From the NCBI GenBank assembly GCA_027021705.1, contig JALUTT010000040.1, positions 1-58,389 of the forward strand: a stretch of DNA of 58,389 nucleotides, in the 5' to 3' direction. Made by a program: the position numbers and the translations under genes. The notes below the pieces were generated by a model, which ran no database searches, was not told the DNA's origin, and was given only the letters and a program-made list of their open reading frames with translations. The DNA is from Anaerolineae bacterium. GTDB lineage: Bacteria > Chloroflexota > Anaerolineae > S140-20. Every line of letters starts with the position of its first letter. Positions within the stretch are counted from its first letter, which is position 1. Below are positions 28,584 through 39,699 of the stretch, piece by piece.

Positions 28584-31500
28584 TTACCTGTTGTTTCTCA
28601 GAAGGACCGGCATGTAGACACGCAAAGGATTGATGAGAACCGCAGAGAGGTTGCTCGCCTTGCACCACTGCCCTCCTTCACACACCCATGCCCGGTTCTG
28701 TACGACCGCCGGAACAAAGGCCCGCGTCTCATCACAGGCCGGCAGTGGAAGCGTAGAAGGAGTTGCACTGTCCACACAGGCCGTGTTTGTCAAGATAGCG
28801 CCGGGTTGGGCGTTCACCACCGTCGTGATCTCGATCGTCCAGGTCTCTCCTACTTTCAAAGAAGATCGAGACCAAACAAGAGATGGCCCATCCAATGGGA
28901 ATGGCGTAGAAGGTGTAGAAGCGGGGAAAGAAACTCCAGAAGGCAAAGTATCCGTGACGACAATGCCCTCAGCATTAGACGGCCCTTCATTGCTGATCTG
29001 TAAGAGATACCTCAAAATTCCCCCTAATGGCACTCTGTCGGCACTGCTTTCTTGCTTCAGCCGCAAGTCGGCCAGCTTCTGGACGAAAACCCAATTCTGC
29101 TCCTCAGGTGTGCGATTGTTGCTAAAGTTATCGTCTGGAGTATTACTGGCCACTTCAGCCCAGTTATGCAATCCTTCGCGGCTTCCAGGATCAACCAGCA
29201 CAACCGCCTGAAACTGGACCCTTTGGCCTTGCAACAGCCCAGAAGTAGACCATATGACAGACGTAATAGATGATGTACTCGTGACCATAGCAGGGGGGAT
29301 CGTCGTAATCAAATGCGTATCAAAAGGTACGGTCATTGTCACGATCAGGCCTTCCGCATCTGATGGACCATCATTGGTAACTACTAGTGTATAAGTCAAC
29401 AGAGTACCTGCCGTAGCTGTCATAGGGTTATGGCTCTTTGTGATCTGGAGATCGGCCCGGCTCCCGATAGTGGTCCTCTCTTGAACCTGGTTATCCGTGG
29501 AATCGCTATCGGGGATGCTACTGCCGACCCTGGCCTCATTGACCAACACCCCTGTGCTGGTGAGGCAAACGGTCACCGATAAAGAGAACGAGCGAGCCTC
29601 TCCAGCAGGGATCGTCCCCAACGTGCATACGAGTGGATTGCCACTACAGTTGGCAGGCAGGCCGTTCCAACCACAGATTCCCGGTGGCAAGGTGTCCGTC
29701 ACGACGACGTTGAGGGCTTCAGAGGGACCCGCATTGGTGATCCACAAAGTGTAAGTCAGCACACCACCGGGATCTACCGGATTGGGATGGCCTTCTTTGC
29801 CTATGCTCAGGTTCGCCAGCCCGTAGACATAGGCCGTGTCCACAGCGCTGTTGTTTTCCGAATAATCGTCCAAGGTCTTGCTTGCCACCCTGGCCGTGTT
29901 CGTCATCACGCCGTTGCTGCCAGGCGGGGTCCGCACGACGAGATATAAGTCCCAACTCTGCCCTGGCTGCAGGGTAGGAGTGTACCAGGTCGCCGTTGTA
30001 ACGCTGTGCTGAACGGTGACAGGCTGAGTCGCCGTGACAAACGTCGTGTTGACCGGCAACCAATCGCTGACGACCACATCTGATGCAATGGAAGGCCCCT
30101 CATTGGTCACCCGCAGCACGTAGGTCACTACATCGCCCGCAATCACGACCTCTGTTTCACGGCTCTTGGTGAGACGAAGGTCGGCAACGGGTTCGGTGGC
30201 CGTTGATGCCTGCGCTTGATTGCTCGTAGGATCGCTATCGGGCACATCGCTGCTCACCTCAGCTTCGTTGACCAACAGGCCCGTCGCCGTCAGGCAGACC
30301 GTCGCCGTGATCTGGAGTTTCCTGGTTGCTCCGGCAGCCATAGTGCCCAAATCGCACACGAGGGGATCACCACTGCAGCCGGCGGGCTGGGAGTTCACTT
30401 GACATATCTCGGCAGGCAATGTATCGGTCACCACCACGTTTATCGCCTCGGAAGGCCCCTCATTGGTGATCAGCAACGTGTAGGTCAGCACACCACCGGG
30501 GCTCACAGGATCCGGCTCGTCCACCTTTTGGAGGCGCAGGTCCGCCTGACTGCCGATGGCCGTCCACTCCTGAGCCGTATTGTTGCCGGAAGAGGGATCA
30601 ATGTCACTGGACACCATCGCGATGTTCTGCAGTGTACCCGTGCTGTTGGGCGCTACCGAAGCGAGGATCTGGATCTCCGCGCTCTGACCCGCCGGGAGGT
30701 CCAGACGCCATTCCAAGGGGCTAGGGCCGCTGGTTGTCACAGGCGTCGTGGAGATCACTTGCAGCTCCGTGGGCAGGAAATCGGTCACCGAGACATCACG
30801 AGCATCTGAGGGTCCCGCGTTGGTGATAACCAGCGTGTAAGTCAGTCGTTCCCCTGCCATAACAGGATCAGGGTTATCCTTCTTCTCAATGCTGAGGTCG
30901 GCTTGCTGGATAACAGCCGTTTGCACTTCATCCTGGTCACTAATGGAATATCCCGATATGTAACCTGCCACAGACGCAACATTCACCAGGGTCCCCGAGC
31001 TATCAGGGGGAACCGCGACAACTAACTCGATTGTCCTCTCTTCCCCAGGCCAAAGAGAGCCTAGCGACCAAGTGATCGGATCAGTGCCTGTACGCGCATC
31101 TTCCAGCGTGGATGATATGAATTCCACACTATCAGGCAGATCATCGGTCACAGTAACATCCTGAACTCTAAACAAATCTCCATTCCGAACACGGAGTGTA
31201 TAGGTCAGCTTCCGCCCAGCAATCACTATGGGATCAGCGTCCTTATCTATGCTCAAGCCGACATTCTGCTGAGGTCGTCCACCTTGCCCTGGAGCAAGGG
31301 TCGCTGCCGCACCGTCTATAGCATCCTGATGAGATACAAAGGTCATATCTGCAGTAGGGGGAGAGGGGATCAAAATAGAGTAGGTCAGAAATCGGCTTTC
31401 CCCTAAGGAGAGCCCCGGAATCGTGCAGGTGATCGTTAAAGGAGCATGACCAGATGATTGACATCCATCCGGTAGCGATTGAAGGGCCACCGAGACAGGT

Positions 31501-32747
31501 GAGGAAACGGTATCGGTGATTGTAAGGCTCCCCAAATCACGGACGCCTAAGTTGGTGAGATCCAAAGCGTAAGTTATGGTTCCGCCATAACCCACTTCTC
31601 CTCCCATCACGATAGACTTCCTCAAATCCATTATAGGGGTAAAGTACCCTTCAACCAGAACACTAGAGTCTGTCTGCCCCCCCAGCACGTAAATACGGCC
31701 CGCCACGGATGTAGCTACAGCGTGACCTGCCACAGCCACAGGGAACCTATCCAAAGCTTTCCACGGCCCCAGGCTGCCATCATCCTGTATTCGTGCCCGG
31801 TAGACTGTATCCAAATAATCACTACCTTGTACTGTGCCGCCTATGACGTATAAGTAACGACCCACTATGGCCGCGACACTGCGATAGAGCCCGCCTGATG
31901 CTGAACCAATATCTCCCAAAGACTTCCAAGACATAATATGCCCAGCGCCGCCCACTTCCGCTCGCCACACCTGGTCGTACGCCTTTATGCCTCCTCCAAT
32001 CCTCCTCATTCCTCCAACGACATAAATGAACTTCCGCCCATTGTCAAGCTGAACCGCTGCTGCCGATGCCGCCGCCCGATCACCAGGGAGGCGAAGTTCC
32101 TCACGCCAAGAAAGCGGTGCACAATCGCCTCCTTGTGCATCTGCAGCCCACACGTTCTGGACCATCTGCCCACGGCTACTACTGTATCCCCCTAACACGA
32201 AAATAGTATTGCCGATGACCACCACAGCATGCGTAGCAAGATCCATCGGCATTGGGCCTACCTGCGTCCAAGAGAGGATCTCTCCTGACGGATCAGGCTT
32301 CGCACAATATACCTGGTCAAAAGTGCTCCGGGACTCGTCCCACCCACCTAAGACATAGATACGATCACCCACCACCACCGCGCCGTGGTCCCCCATCTTC
32401 TGAGGCAGAGGACGAGTTGTGGAAAAGGGAGCAAAGTATCCTTCCAAGTCCACCTTGGTGAAATAGACTGTGCCGGTATAGACCGCATCAGCCTTGGAAC
32501 GGCCAACTTTGCCACCAATGAGATACAAATACTCGCTCTGCCCTCTATGCAAAAAGACCGCCTTGTGTGAGTACAATGCTTCTGGCATTCCCACCCGCTT
32601 CCACTGGGGGCTCAGCGAATGTGCCTTTGCACCGACTTCAGCACCCACTGATATGAAAGCAAAAGATGATTTCCCAGCAATCCCTAATATAGCTAACAAC
32701 ATCACTATGATTATCTTCTCCAAATGATATGAATCTCCTTTAACCAT
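28584..32747 (-). CDS. Secreted Kelch beta-propeller plus ~8 DUF11 (Ig-like) domains, C-terminal VYMPVLLR motif
   Basis: Signal peptide; six Y/F-(L/V)-(I/L/V)-GG Kelch blades; repeated ADL.I.K...G..LTYTL.ITN.GPS.A..V.VTD.LP. Confidence 0.92.
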   Translation of the reverse strand: MVKGDSYHLEKIIIVMLLAILGIAGKSSFAFISVGAEVGAKAHSLSPQWKRVGMPEALYSHKAVFLHRGQSEYLYLIGGKVGRSKADAVYTGTVYFTKVDLEGYFAPFSTTRPLPQKMGDHGAVVVGDRIYVLGGWDESRSTFDQVYCAKPDPSGEILSWTQVGPMPMDLATHAVVVIGNTIFVLGGYSSSRGQMVQNVWAADAQGGDCAPLSWREELRLPGDRAAASAAAVQLDNGRKFIYVVGGMRRIGGGIKAYDQVWRAEVGGAGHIMSWKSLGDIGSASGGLYRSVAAIVGRYLYVIGGTVQGSDYLDTVYRARIQDDGSLGPWKALDRFPVAVAGHAVATSVAGRIYVLGGQTDSSVLVEGYFTPIMDLRKSIVMGGEVGYGGTITYALDLTNLGVRDLGSLTITDTVSSPVSVALQSLPDGCQSSGHAPLTITCTIPGLSLGESRFLTYSILIPSPPTADMTFVSHQDAIDGAAATLAPGQGGRPQQNVGLSIDKDADPIVIAGRKLTYTLRVRNGDLFRVQDVTVTDDLPDSVEFISSTLEDARTGTDPITWSLGSLWPGEERTIELVVAVPPDSSGTLVNVASVAGYISGYSISDQDEVQTAVIQQADLSIEKKDNPDPVMAGERLTYTLVITNAGPSDARDVSVTDFLPTELQVISTTPVTTSGPSPLEWRLDLPAGQSAEIQILASVAPNSTGTLQNIAMVSSDIDPSSGNNTAQEWTAIGSQADLRLQKVDEPDPVSPGGVLTYTLLITNEGPSEAINVVVTDTLPAEICQVNSQPAGCSGDPLVCDLGTMAAGATRKLQITATVCLTATGLLVNEAEVSSDVPDSDPTSNQAQASTATEPVADLRLTKSRETEVVIAGDVVTYVLRVTNEGPSIASDVVVSDWLPVNTTFVTATQPVTVQHSVTTATWYTPTLQPGQSWDLYLVVRTPPGSNGVMTNTARVASKTLDDYSENNSAVDTAYVYGLANLSIGKEGHPNPVDPGGVLTYTLWITNAGPSEALNVVVTDTLPPGICGWNGLPANCSGNPLVCTLGTIPAGEARSFSLSVTVCLTSTGVLVNEARVGSSIPDSDSTDNQVQERTTIGSRADLQITKSHNPMTATAGTLLTYTLVVTNDGPSDAEGLIVTMTVPFDTHLITTIPPAMVTSTSSITSVIWSTSGLLQGQRVQFQAVVLVDPGSREGLHNWAEVASNTPDDNFSNNRTPEEQNWVFVQKLADLRLKQESSADRVPLGGILRYLLQISNEGPSNAEGIVVTDTLPSGVSFPASTPSTPFPLDGPSLVWSRSSLKVGETWTIEITTVVNAQPGAILTNTACVDSATPSTLPLPACDETRAFVPAVVQNRAWVCEGGQWCKASNLSAVLINPLRVYMPVLLRNNR

Positions 32748-32813
32748 CTCCCCCCCTTCTCACGTACCAAAGGGCACCAATGCGATCGCTCACAGCTCGA
32801 ATGAATGACCGAA

Positions 32814-35759
32814 TCAACAAGGTGGAACCGCGCATGTAGGCGTAGGAACAGGCTTAGGCGGTGAGCCAGGTACCACTCTATAACTCCGAATCTCACTGTT
32901 CTCCGAAAGCCGTTCCCACTCCCAAGGAGCATCTACATGTCGTGCCACAGCAACGTTCCAGTAGTATGTTCCGGAATCCATCGAGAAGGACGAAGTGCTC
33001 TCAATGTAAAAAGTGCCAGTGGTTTTCCCATCCTTGCAAACGACAAGCCCTCCTCCCCCATACCCATAGTCTACATACTGATAACTGTGAGGAGGACTCT
33101 CACTTGACACCCGGATGGCAAATCTCCAACCGGGGGGTAGACAATAAGACCAAGTCCATTTCAGCTCAATTCTGCTACCGGTCAGAAACTCTTCACCATC
33201 GGGCGGCTCATCAAGCTGAGGGGCCGGAGCACAAGGTGTGATCACGCAAGCGGCGCTGGGATTATAATTCGGAGGTGCTGGGGGAACGGGCGTCTGTGGA
33301 TTCCACGAAGACGGTGGGGGAGGTGCCGTCGGTATGGGCGTGGGCGTCGGGGTCGGGGTAAGCGTCATAGTGGGAGTGGGAGATAACGTCTCCGTCAGTG
33401 TTGGGGTTGGGGTGGCCGTTGGTGTAGCAGTATAGGTTGGCGTAGAGGTCGCCGTAGGGGTTGCCGTGGGGCTCGGCGTTGGCGTCTCGGAAGGACTCGG
33501 GGAGATCACCGCCACTAACTGAGTTGCGCTCGGCATCGGGGTGGATGTAACTTGCCCAACGACGAGCAGCGCCGTCGGAGTCGTTGTACCGGGGAAGACG
33601 GCCCCCGCAATGCGTGACAGAGGGATAAACAACATACAGGCCAACGCGGCGAGGACCAGCAGCGCGCCTCCAGCGGCGATCCACCGCTCCCGCTGTTCAT
33701 CGGGTTGCTCCCTGCCCAACGCCGCCGCGCTGACCCGGGCCAGCCCTACCTTCGCATCCCGATGGTTAGGATCCAGTTTGAGGATCTCCGAATAGGTGGC
33801 GATCGCCTCAGCCCACTTCTCCTCAACCTCAAACTGCCGCGCCTGGGCATACAGGGCCTCAACGCGCTGGGACTGACGGACCTGCTCCAGCCGCTCTTCA
33901 ATGTCCTGGTAGCCGGGCTGGAGCTGCCGGACCTCTTCCAGTCGCCGGACCGCTTGTTCCCACCTTCCCTCCTCTTCTAGTCGTATTGCCTCCTCGTAAA
34001 GCTCGGCAACCCGCTGCTTCTGGAGAACCTCCTCCAGAAGCCGGTCTACATCCCGGTAGCCCGGGGCGATCTCCTGGATCTCCTGCAACGTCTCGGCTGC
34101 AGCCGCCCACTCTGCCGCTTCCCGCTGTTCTTGGGCTTGAGCATACAGCTTTGCCAAACGCGCCTGGCGCTCGGCGATGGCCCGCTTGACCGCCGCGTCC
34201 CGGTACTCTGGATCCATTTGCAGGACCCGGGAGAACCGATCAACGGCGCTCTCCCACTCCCCACCATTGAGGGCTTCCATCGCCCGGGTGTACAGCTCGT
34301 GAAGCCGCTTCTGCCGTCGTGCCTCCCCCAGCAGGGCCTGAACATCCTTGTAGCCAGGCTCCAACTGTTCCAGCTCCTGCAGCGTTTTGACCGCTTCGTC
34401 CCAGGCCTCGGCCTTTAAATGCTCCTGGGCCTTTTGGTAGAGGGCTTGCGCCTTCTGCTGGCGGACGGCGTAGGCAAGCCGCGAGGGCACGTCTTTGTAA
34501 TCCGATTCCTGGGTGAGGATCTTCAGGTAGAGGTCCACAGCCTGAGGCCACCGCTCGTGGGCCTCGTGGTCTCGCGCCTCGTCGTACCAGCGCTGTAGCT
34601 CAAGCTGACGTCGGGCCTCCTTCAACTTGGTCGCCGCATCCCCCCCGGCATAGCTCTCGTCATAAGCAACAACCTGAGCCAGAATCGCCTCTGCTTCCCC
34701 CCAGGCCCCTCTATCATAAGCTTGCAGCCCTCGTCGGTACAACCGCTCCCAATCTAACTGCTCCTTCGCCCTCTTTAGCCCCTCTTGAGCCTGAAGATGG
34801 CCTGGTTGGTCTTCCAGCACCTTCTCATAACAAGCGGCTGCCTCCTCCCATTCCTCCCGCCGTTCGTGCTCCAGTGCTTTGGCGTAGGCTCGCTCCACCC
34901 GCTCCTGCCAGGCCCGATGGGCTGCTATCGCCTCCTCCAGCGCCTGAGCCATCGCCCGGGCATCGGGATAGCGCTCATCGGGGTCCTTGTGGAGGGCCTT
35001 CAAGATCACCCGATCCACCGCTGGCGAGACGTTGGAGTTGAGCGTGCTGGGCGGAGGTGGTTCTTCTTCCAGATGGCCCCGCAACACCTGTCCGACCTCC
35101 TCCGGATTCCCAGTGTACAGGAAGGGAGGACATCCCGTGAGCATCTCGTAGAGCACAGCACCCAAGGCATAGAGGTCAGCCCGGCCATCGGATGGCTTCT
35201 CTTGCAGCACCTCCGGCGCTGTGTACAGAATCGAGCCCGTGACCCCACCCTCTGAACTCGTCACAACCCGCGAGAGGCCGAAGTCGGTTAGCTTAGCTCT
35301 GAATTCCTCCCGATCCCGCCTGGTTAACAAGAGATTGCTGGGCTTGATGTCCCGGTGGAGAATTCCCTTAGCGTGCACTACCTCCAAAGCTCGGGCTGCT
35401 GCCAGCCCGATCCTCAGCGCATCAAGGACGGGCAGACTCTTTTCCCGCTGCAGCCGATCGGCGACGGACCCGCCATCAGCGTACTCCAGAATCAAATAGG
35501 GTTCTCCCCCCTCCTCTTCGATCACATCGTAGATAGTGATCACGTGCTCGTCGCGGATGCCGGCGATGGTCCGCGCTTCGTCCAAGAAGCGTTCGACGCT
35601 CTCCGGATCCTGGGCCCGACCGGAACGCAGATGTTTGATGGCCACCCGGCGGCCCAATTGCTGGTCCTCGGCCAGGTAGACGTCCCCCCAGCTCCCCCGC
35701 CCCAGGTGCTTCAGCACTTTGTACCGGTTCTTCAACAGGCTACCAACCGCCAGGCCCAT
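32814..35759 (-). CDS. Ser/Thr protein kinase with TPR array, TM, Pro/Thr linker and small extracellular beta domain
   Basis: LGRGSWG, VAIK, HRDIKPSN, DFG, APE; many TPR units; TM WIAAGGALLVLAALACMLFIPL. Confidence 0.93.
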   Translation of the reverse strand: MGLAVGSLLKNRYKVLKHLGRGSWGDVYLAEDQQLGRRVAIKHLRSGRAQDPESVERFLDEARTIAGIRDEHVITIYDVIEEEGGEPYLILEYADGGSVADRLQREKSLPVLDALRIGLAAARALEVVHAKGILHRDIKPSNLLLTRRDREEFRAKLTDFGLSRVVTSSEGGVTGSILYTAPEVLQEKPSDGRADLYALGAVLYEMLTGCPPFLYTGNPEEVGQVLRGHLEEEPPPPSTLNSNVSPAVDRVILKALHKDPDERYPDARAMAQALEEAIAAHRAWQERVERAYAKALEHERREEWEEAAACYEKVLEDQPGHLQAQEGLKRAKEQLDWERLYRRGLQAYDRGAWGEAEAILAQVVAYDESYAGGDAATKLKEARRQLELQRWYDEARDHEAHERWPQAVDLYLKILTQESDYKDVPSRLAYAVRQQKAQALYQKAQEHLKAEAWDEAVKTLQELEQLEPGYKDVQALLGEARRQKRLHELYTRAMEALNGGEWESAVDRFSRVLQMDPEYRDAAVKRAIAERQARLAKLYAQAQEQREAAEWAAAAETLQEIQEIAPGYRDVDRLLEEVLQKQRVAELYEEAIRLEEEGRWEQAVRRLEEVRQLQPGYQDIEERLEQVRQSQRVEALYAQARQFEVEEKWAEAIATYSEILKLDPNHRDAKVGLARVSAAALGREQPDEQRERWIAAGGALLVLAALACMLFIPLSRIAGAVFPGTTTPTALLVVGQVTSTPMPSATQLVAVISPSPSETPTPSPTATPTATSTPTYTATPTATPTPTLTETLSPTPTMTLTPTPTPTPIPTAPPPPSSWNPQTPVPPAPPNYNPSAACVITPCAPAPQLDEPPDGEEFLTGSRIELKWTWSYCLPPGWRFAIRVSSESPPHSYQYVDYGYGGGGLVVCKDGKTTGTFYIESTSSFSMDSGTYYWNVAVARHVDAPWEWERLSENSEIRSYRVVPGSPPKPVPTPTCAVPPC

Positions 35760-35932
35760 CGCTTCGCTCCTCGAATCCAGGGGAATATGACAACGAATCT
35801 TGAACGAATAAACGAATTGGTGTAGCTCAAACTTGTTGGGGAGATGTAGAGGCGATCTGCAAGTTATCCCTACGCCAACCCCTTTTGGTCACGCTCTAAA
35901 CGGATCGCTATGCTTCCGACGCTTCGGCTGTC

Positions 35933-38392
35933 TCATGATGACGAGCGGCTGGCCAACCGCACTGCCTCCAGCGACTTTTCTTCCCGGATCCACCGGCGCA
36001 CCATCGGGACCTGAAAGCGACACACCCTCTGCTCCCGCCGATCCAACACTTCCCGTTGTCGAAGACGACTTACAATCTGATGAACCTCTTCCCGCTGCAA
36101 GTCATTCCCTTTACACAAATCGTCAATCCGTACCCACTCCCCCGGCCTGTGTGCCAACTCGGCCAAGACAAGACGTTCCCGCGCATCGGCGCTGTTCCAC
36201 AGGTCCGCAAAGTAGGGATGGGCGGAGCGCACCGCCCGCTGAATTGCCTCTCGAGCATCGGCCACTGTTACCTGCCCAAAGGGGCCTGCCATCCGCCGCC
36301 TCGGGCTGTTCAAATACTGGACCAACTCAAAGCAGACAGCCTGGACCAGAAAGGGCTGCGCCCGAGTCGCCGTTAAGATGGCCTCGACCGCCTGCCTATC
36401 ATAGCGGATCGGATAGCGCTCTGCAGGCAACTGGATCAGATCTCGCGCCGCTTCCCTTTCCAGATAGCTAACGTGGAGAGGTCGAACGCTGATAAAGTAG
36501 GAATGCCAGCTACGGGCCATCTCGTCCAGGGTACGCACACCAGCAAGCAGAAGGACCAACCAAGGTGCGTGATGTTGAATCAGATGTCGCAGCACATCTA
36601 GGACCGCCTCCTCTAGCTGTTTTTTCTCTATCGCCTCCTCGATTTTCTCAAACTCATCGAGGGCGAAGAGCAACAACCGACCCTCCAACCGCCGTCGGGC
36701 CTGCTCCAGCCAATCGTAAAAGGCGTGGGGTCCTCGGTAGTAAAAATCCTCCAATGCCACTGGCGGCAGGGCGATACGCCGCACTTCATCGGCCTGGCGC
36801 ACTGCCTCGTCGGCTAGAGTATAAAGAAAGCGGTTCAGGCCATCCACCGGCGCTGTCTTCTGCAAGTCCACATAGACTGGAACATAGTCAGCTGGCAAGC
36901 GATTGGGCAATTGGAGAAGCAACGAGGTTTTGCCTGTGCGACGCTGGCCATGAAGTACCAGCGTTGGCTTCTGGACAGCGGTCAGGTCCTCTTGAATCCT
37001 AGCAAAGAGGTCCTCCCGCCCCACGAAGACATCCTCTCGATCTCGGGTAATCGGGTTCCCCGCGATATAGATGTTTTCAATGAGAACCGGTCCCGCGTCC
37101 CGGCGTACCCCCTTTAGCGCCTCAGCGACCGCCTCTCTCCAGCAACGAACAATGGGCAGCAATGAAGCTGCGACCCGACGATCTACCTTGTCCAGCGCCG
37201 CCTGCAATTCATCTAGGCCAGCTTGGGCTTTACGCAGGTTGATCCGCCAACCTGGACTGCCCAACGTTCGAATGGCTGCCTCGGCACTCTGGCTGACTTC
37301 GTTCAGCCGGGTCACTACACGTCGCAGGGCCAATGTAGGAAGGTCTACGGCTCGGGGAAACCAGCGCAGGAGCTCGGCTGCCTGGGCGATCTCAGGGATG
37401 CTCCGGCAATCGCGCAAGTCATGAGCGACGATGGCCGCCAGAGCCGCCTCGGCCGCCCAGCCTTGACGAAAAGTACGAGCGATCCTAACGATGGTCTCCC
37501 GAGCAGTGGCTCGATCCTCTGCCAGTGCCAGACAGAGAAGCTGCCGGTCCAGCGTCCACAGAGGGAACCAGATCAACTCATCCCAACGCACCGGTGAAAG
37601 CTTGTAGAACCGCTGGACCCACTGTCCCGAACGGTCCGCCTTCACCGTCAAACGACTCAGCCCGGTGAGCATCATCTGCCAAGGCAATTCAACCAAGTAA
37701 AGAGGGAGCCGACGATACCCCAGGAGATAACCGTCCCCAAATCCCAAGAAGAAGAAGACGGCCAAAACGATAGCCAATGCTTCCTCATTAACCCCTTGAT
37801 TCCCCGTCCGCAACAACAGGAGGCCCATCGTCAGCCCTCCTCCTACAGCGCTGATGCTGCCGAACCAAGAGGCAGCCGGACGCAGTGTGAAAGCAGCTAT
37901 TGAGGCCAGACCTAGGATCACTCCCAGCACCAGCCCAACTGCGAGGCCGGTTCCGATGATTCCTGCGACCTGGCCTGTTCGGATGAGGGCGAGAAGGGGA
38001 CGAAGACCGATAATGGTAACCAACGTGCCGGCCAGACTGACCGCCGGTCCCATCGTCAGGCCGAAGGCAAGCCCCACCCCTAGCAGACCAATAATGCCGA
38101 CGAAGCCGCTAGCCAGAATGACCAAGAGCACGTTAGCCCACCAAAGGGAATCACCCAGCCGCCAAGCCACCGCCCCTCCCACAAGAGGCCAGACAATTGC
38201 ACTAAGAACCACAGCCACCAGTGCCTGGAAGACAACACGACGCTCACCAGGATTCAAACCTGTGCGGACTTGCCAGACAGGCACGTTGGTCGCTAGGTAC
38301 GACCCGGCCCCTCGGAGCTCATCGTTGAGAGCAAAGGGCCTGAAAAAGGCTCGGATGGAGAGCCTAAGCGCTTCCAGAACGAATCGGACCAC
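35933..38392 (-). CDS. Multi-TM protein with C-terminal STAND-type (AAA) NTPase
   Basis: Several N-terminal TM helices; NIYIAGNPI..FVGRE, GQRRTGKTS, ALDEFE, QPFLVQ; GTG 38392 just after the upstream stop. Confidence 0.88.
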   Translation of the reverse strand: MVRFVLEALRLSIRAFFRPFALNDELRGAGSYLATNVPVWQVRTGLNPGERRVVFQALVAVVLSAIVWPLVGGAVAWRLGDSLWWANVLLVILASGFVGIIGLLGVGLAFGLTMGPAVSLAGTLVTIIGLRPLLALIRTGQVAGIIGTGLAVGLVLGVILGLASIAAFTLRPAASWFGSISAVGGGLTMGLLLLRTGNQGVNEEALAIVLAVFFFLGFGDGYLLGYRRLPLYLVELPWQMMLTGLSRLTVKADRSGQWVQRFYKLSPVRWDELIWFPLWTLDRQLLCLALAEDRATARETIVRIARTFRQGWAAEAALAAIVAHDLRDCRSIPEIAQAAELLRWFPRAVDLPTLALRRVVTRLNEVSQSAEAAIRTLGSPGWRINLRKAQAGLDELQAALDKVDRRVAASLLPIVRCWREAVAEALKGVRRDAGPVLIENIYIAGNPITRDREDVFVGREDLFARIQEDLTAVQKPTLVLHGQRRTGKTSLLLQLPNRLPADYVPVYVDLQKTAPVDGLNRFLYTLADEAVRQADEVRRIALPPVALEDFYYRGPHAFYDWLEQARRRLEGRLLLFALDEFEKIEEAIEKKQLEEAVLDVLRHLIQHHAPWLVLLLAGVRTLDEMARSWHSYFISVRPLHVSYLEREAARDLIQLPAERYPIRYDRQAVEAILTATRAQPFLVQAVCFELVQYLNSPRRRMAGPFGQVTVADAREAIQRAVRSAHPYFADLWNSADARERLVLAELAHRPGEWVRIDDLCKGNDLQREEVHQIVSRLRQREVLDRREQRVCRFQVPMVRRWIREEKSLEAVRLASRSSS

Positions 38393-38394
38393 CC

Positions 38395-39699
38395 TTAACC
38401 TCCCCCCAATCCTAACAATTGAGCCAACCACCGCAGGAAGTCACGACCCGTGAGATACCCTCCCCCAATCAGCGCAAAAACGAGGATCAAGGATGCAATG
38501 ATCAGCATAGGCCGTAGACGCTGACCTGGCAGCACCAGGCTGACCGCTGTGGCGACAAGGACAGCGATAATTGCCACACCCGCGAAGAGTATGATCCGGT
38601 GTCCTGAGGAAATAGGGGGCAGCCCACCAGGACGCTCAGAAAGCCAAGGCCGCCGTAGAATCGTCCTCGACCGCCGGATCGAAGGCCGCACCTTGGATCG
38701 TCTTGGCGTCGGATACCGTCGCACCTGGGCAGCAAAGGCGTTGCTAAAGACTCGCCACTTTCCGTCAACCCTCTCCACCAAGCCCAAGCAAGCCAAGCGT
38801 TGAAGAACCGGCTCACTCTGATTCGTGTAAACGGCCTCCCCTACGACCATCTTCAGCGCAGCCTTCGCCTCGTTGTCCAGATGCTCCCACAACTGCTGAA
38901 AATGGGGTTTCGCATCCTGGTAAAACCGCTCCCGCACCAGATCCGCCCGTCTATTCGCAGGCTCTGGCTGAACCTCGTAAAGGTGATGACAGGCTATCTG
39001 CAAATAAAACGGGTGCCGGCCTGCCAGCTCCTCAACCAGTGCCTCCTCCTCTGGCGTGAGGATAACCCCCTCCCGCTCAAAGGGCATACGCCGCAGAGCC
39101 CGTGCTGCCTTCGGTTCTAACAATCCTAGCTCGATCTGAGAGAAGATATTGAAGAAAGGAGAGGTCAACCCCTGCTTTTGAATCAAGTCAGCCAGGGGGA
39201 TGCGGGAAGCCGTCACCAAGGCCAACTTCCCATGGCTTCCCAACGCCCGCAACCCCTCCAAGAAATCATCGCCGAACTCCTCAGGGTGCTGGACTAACTC
39301 CTCAAACTCATCCAGACAGAGGACGGGGCACACCCCATTATCCCGCAGCCGCTCGACCAACCGGGTGAAGCTGGCCATATCCGTCACCCCTCCCACATCC
39401 AGAAGCCCCCCCATCCTCTCGTTCAGTGCCCCCGCGACGGCGGTGACGAAGCCCACCACAGTGCGGTAACGGGCATCTTGCAAGTCTATGTACAGAGGGA
39501 GGTAATTCTGTCCTAGCTCATCCCGCACGGTCTGGACCAGCCGATAGAGCAGCGATGACTTCCCAATCCGGCGCAGCCCCACAATGGATATGCTCTGCAT
39601 CGTGCGCAGGCGGGTGTACAACGTGCGCAGCTCTTCTTCCCGTCCAAAGAACATCTTCGGATCCGTTACCATTGGACCATAGCTGTAAGGATTGGGCAT
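38395..39699 (-). CDS. STAND-type (AAA) NTPase with C-terminal 2-TM anchor
   Basis: NPYSYG..FFGRE, GLRRIGKSS, CLDEFE, AGRHPFYLQ; hydrophobic C-terminus; AAGGAG RBS. Confidence 0.9.
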   Translation of the reverse strand: MPNPYSYGPMVTDPKMFFGREEELRTLYTRLRTMQSISIVGLRRIGKSSLLYRLVQTVRDELGQNYLPLYIDLQDARYRTVVGFVTAVAGALNERMGGLLDVGGVTDMASFTRLVERLRDNGVCPVLCLDEFEELVQHPEEFGDDFLEGLRALGSHGKLALVTASRIPLADLIQKQGLTSPFFNIFSQIELGLLEPKAARALRRMPFEREGVILTPEEEALVEELAGRHPFYLQIACHHLYEVQPEPANRRADLVRERFYQDAKPHFQQLWEHLDNEAKAALKMVVGEAVYTNQSEPVLQRLACLGLVERVDGKWRVFSNAFAAQVRRYPTPRRSKVRPSIRRSRTILRRPWLSERPGGLPPISSGHRIILFAGVAIIAVLVATAVSLVLPGQRLRPMLIIASLILVFALIGGGYLTGRDFLRWLAQLLGLGGG

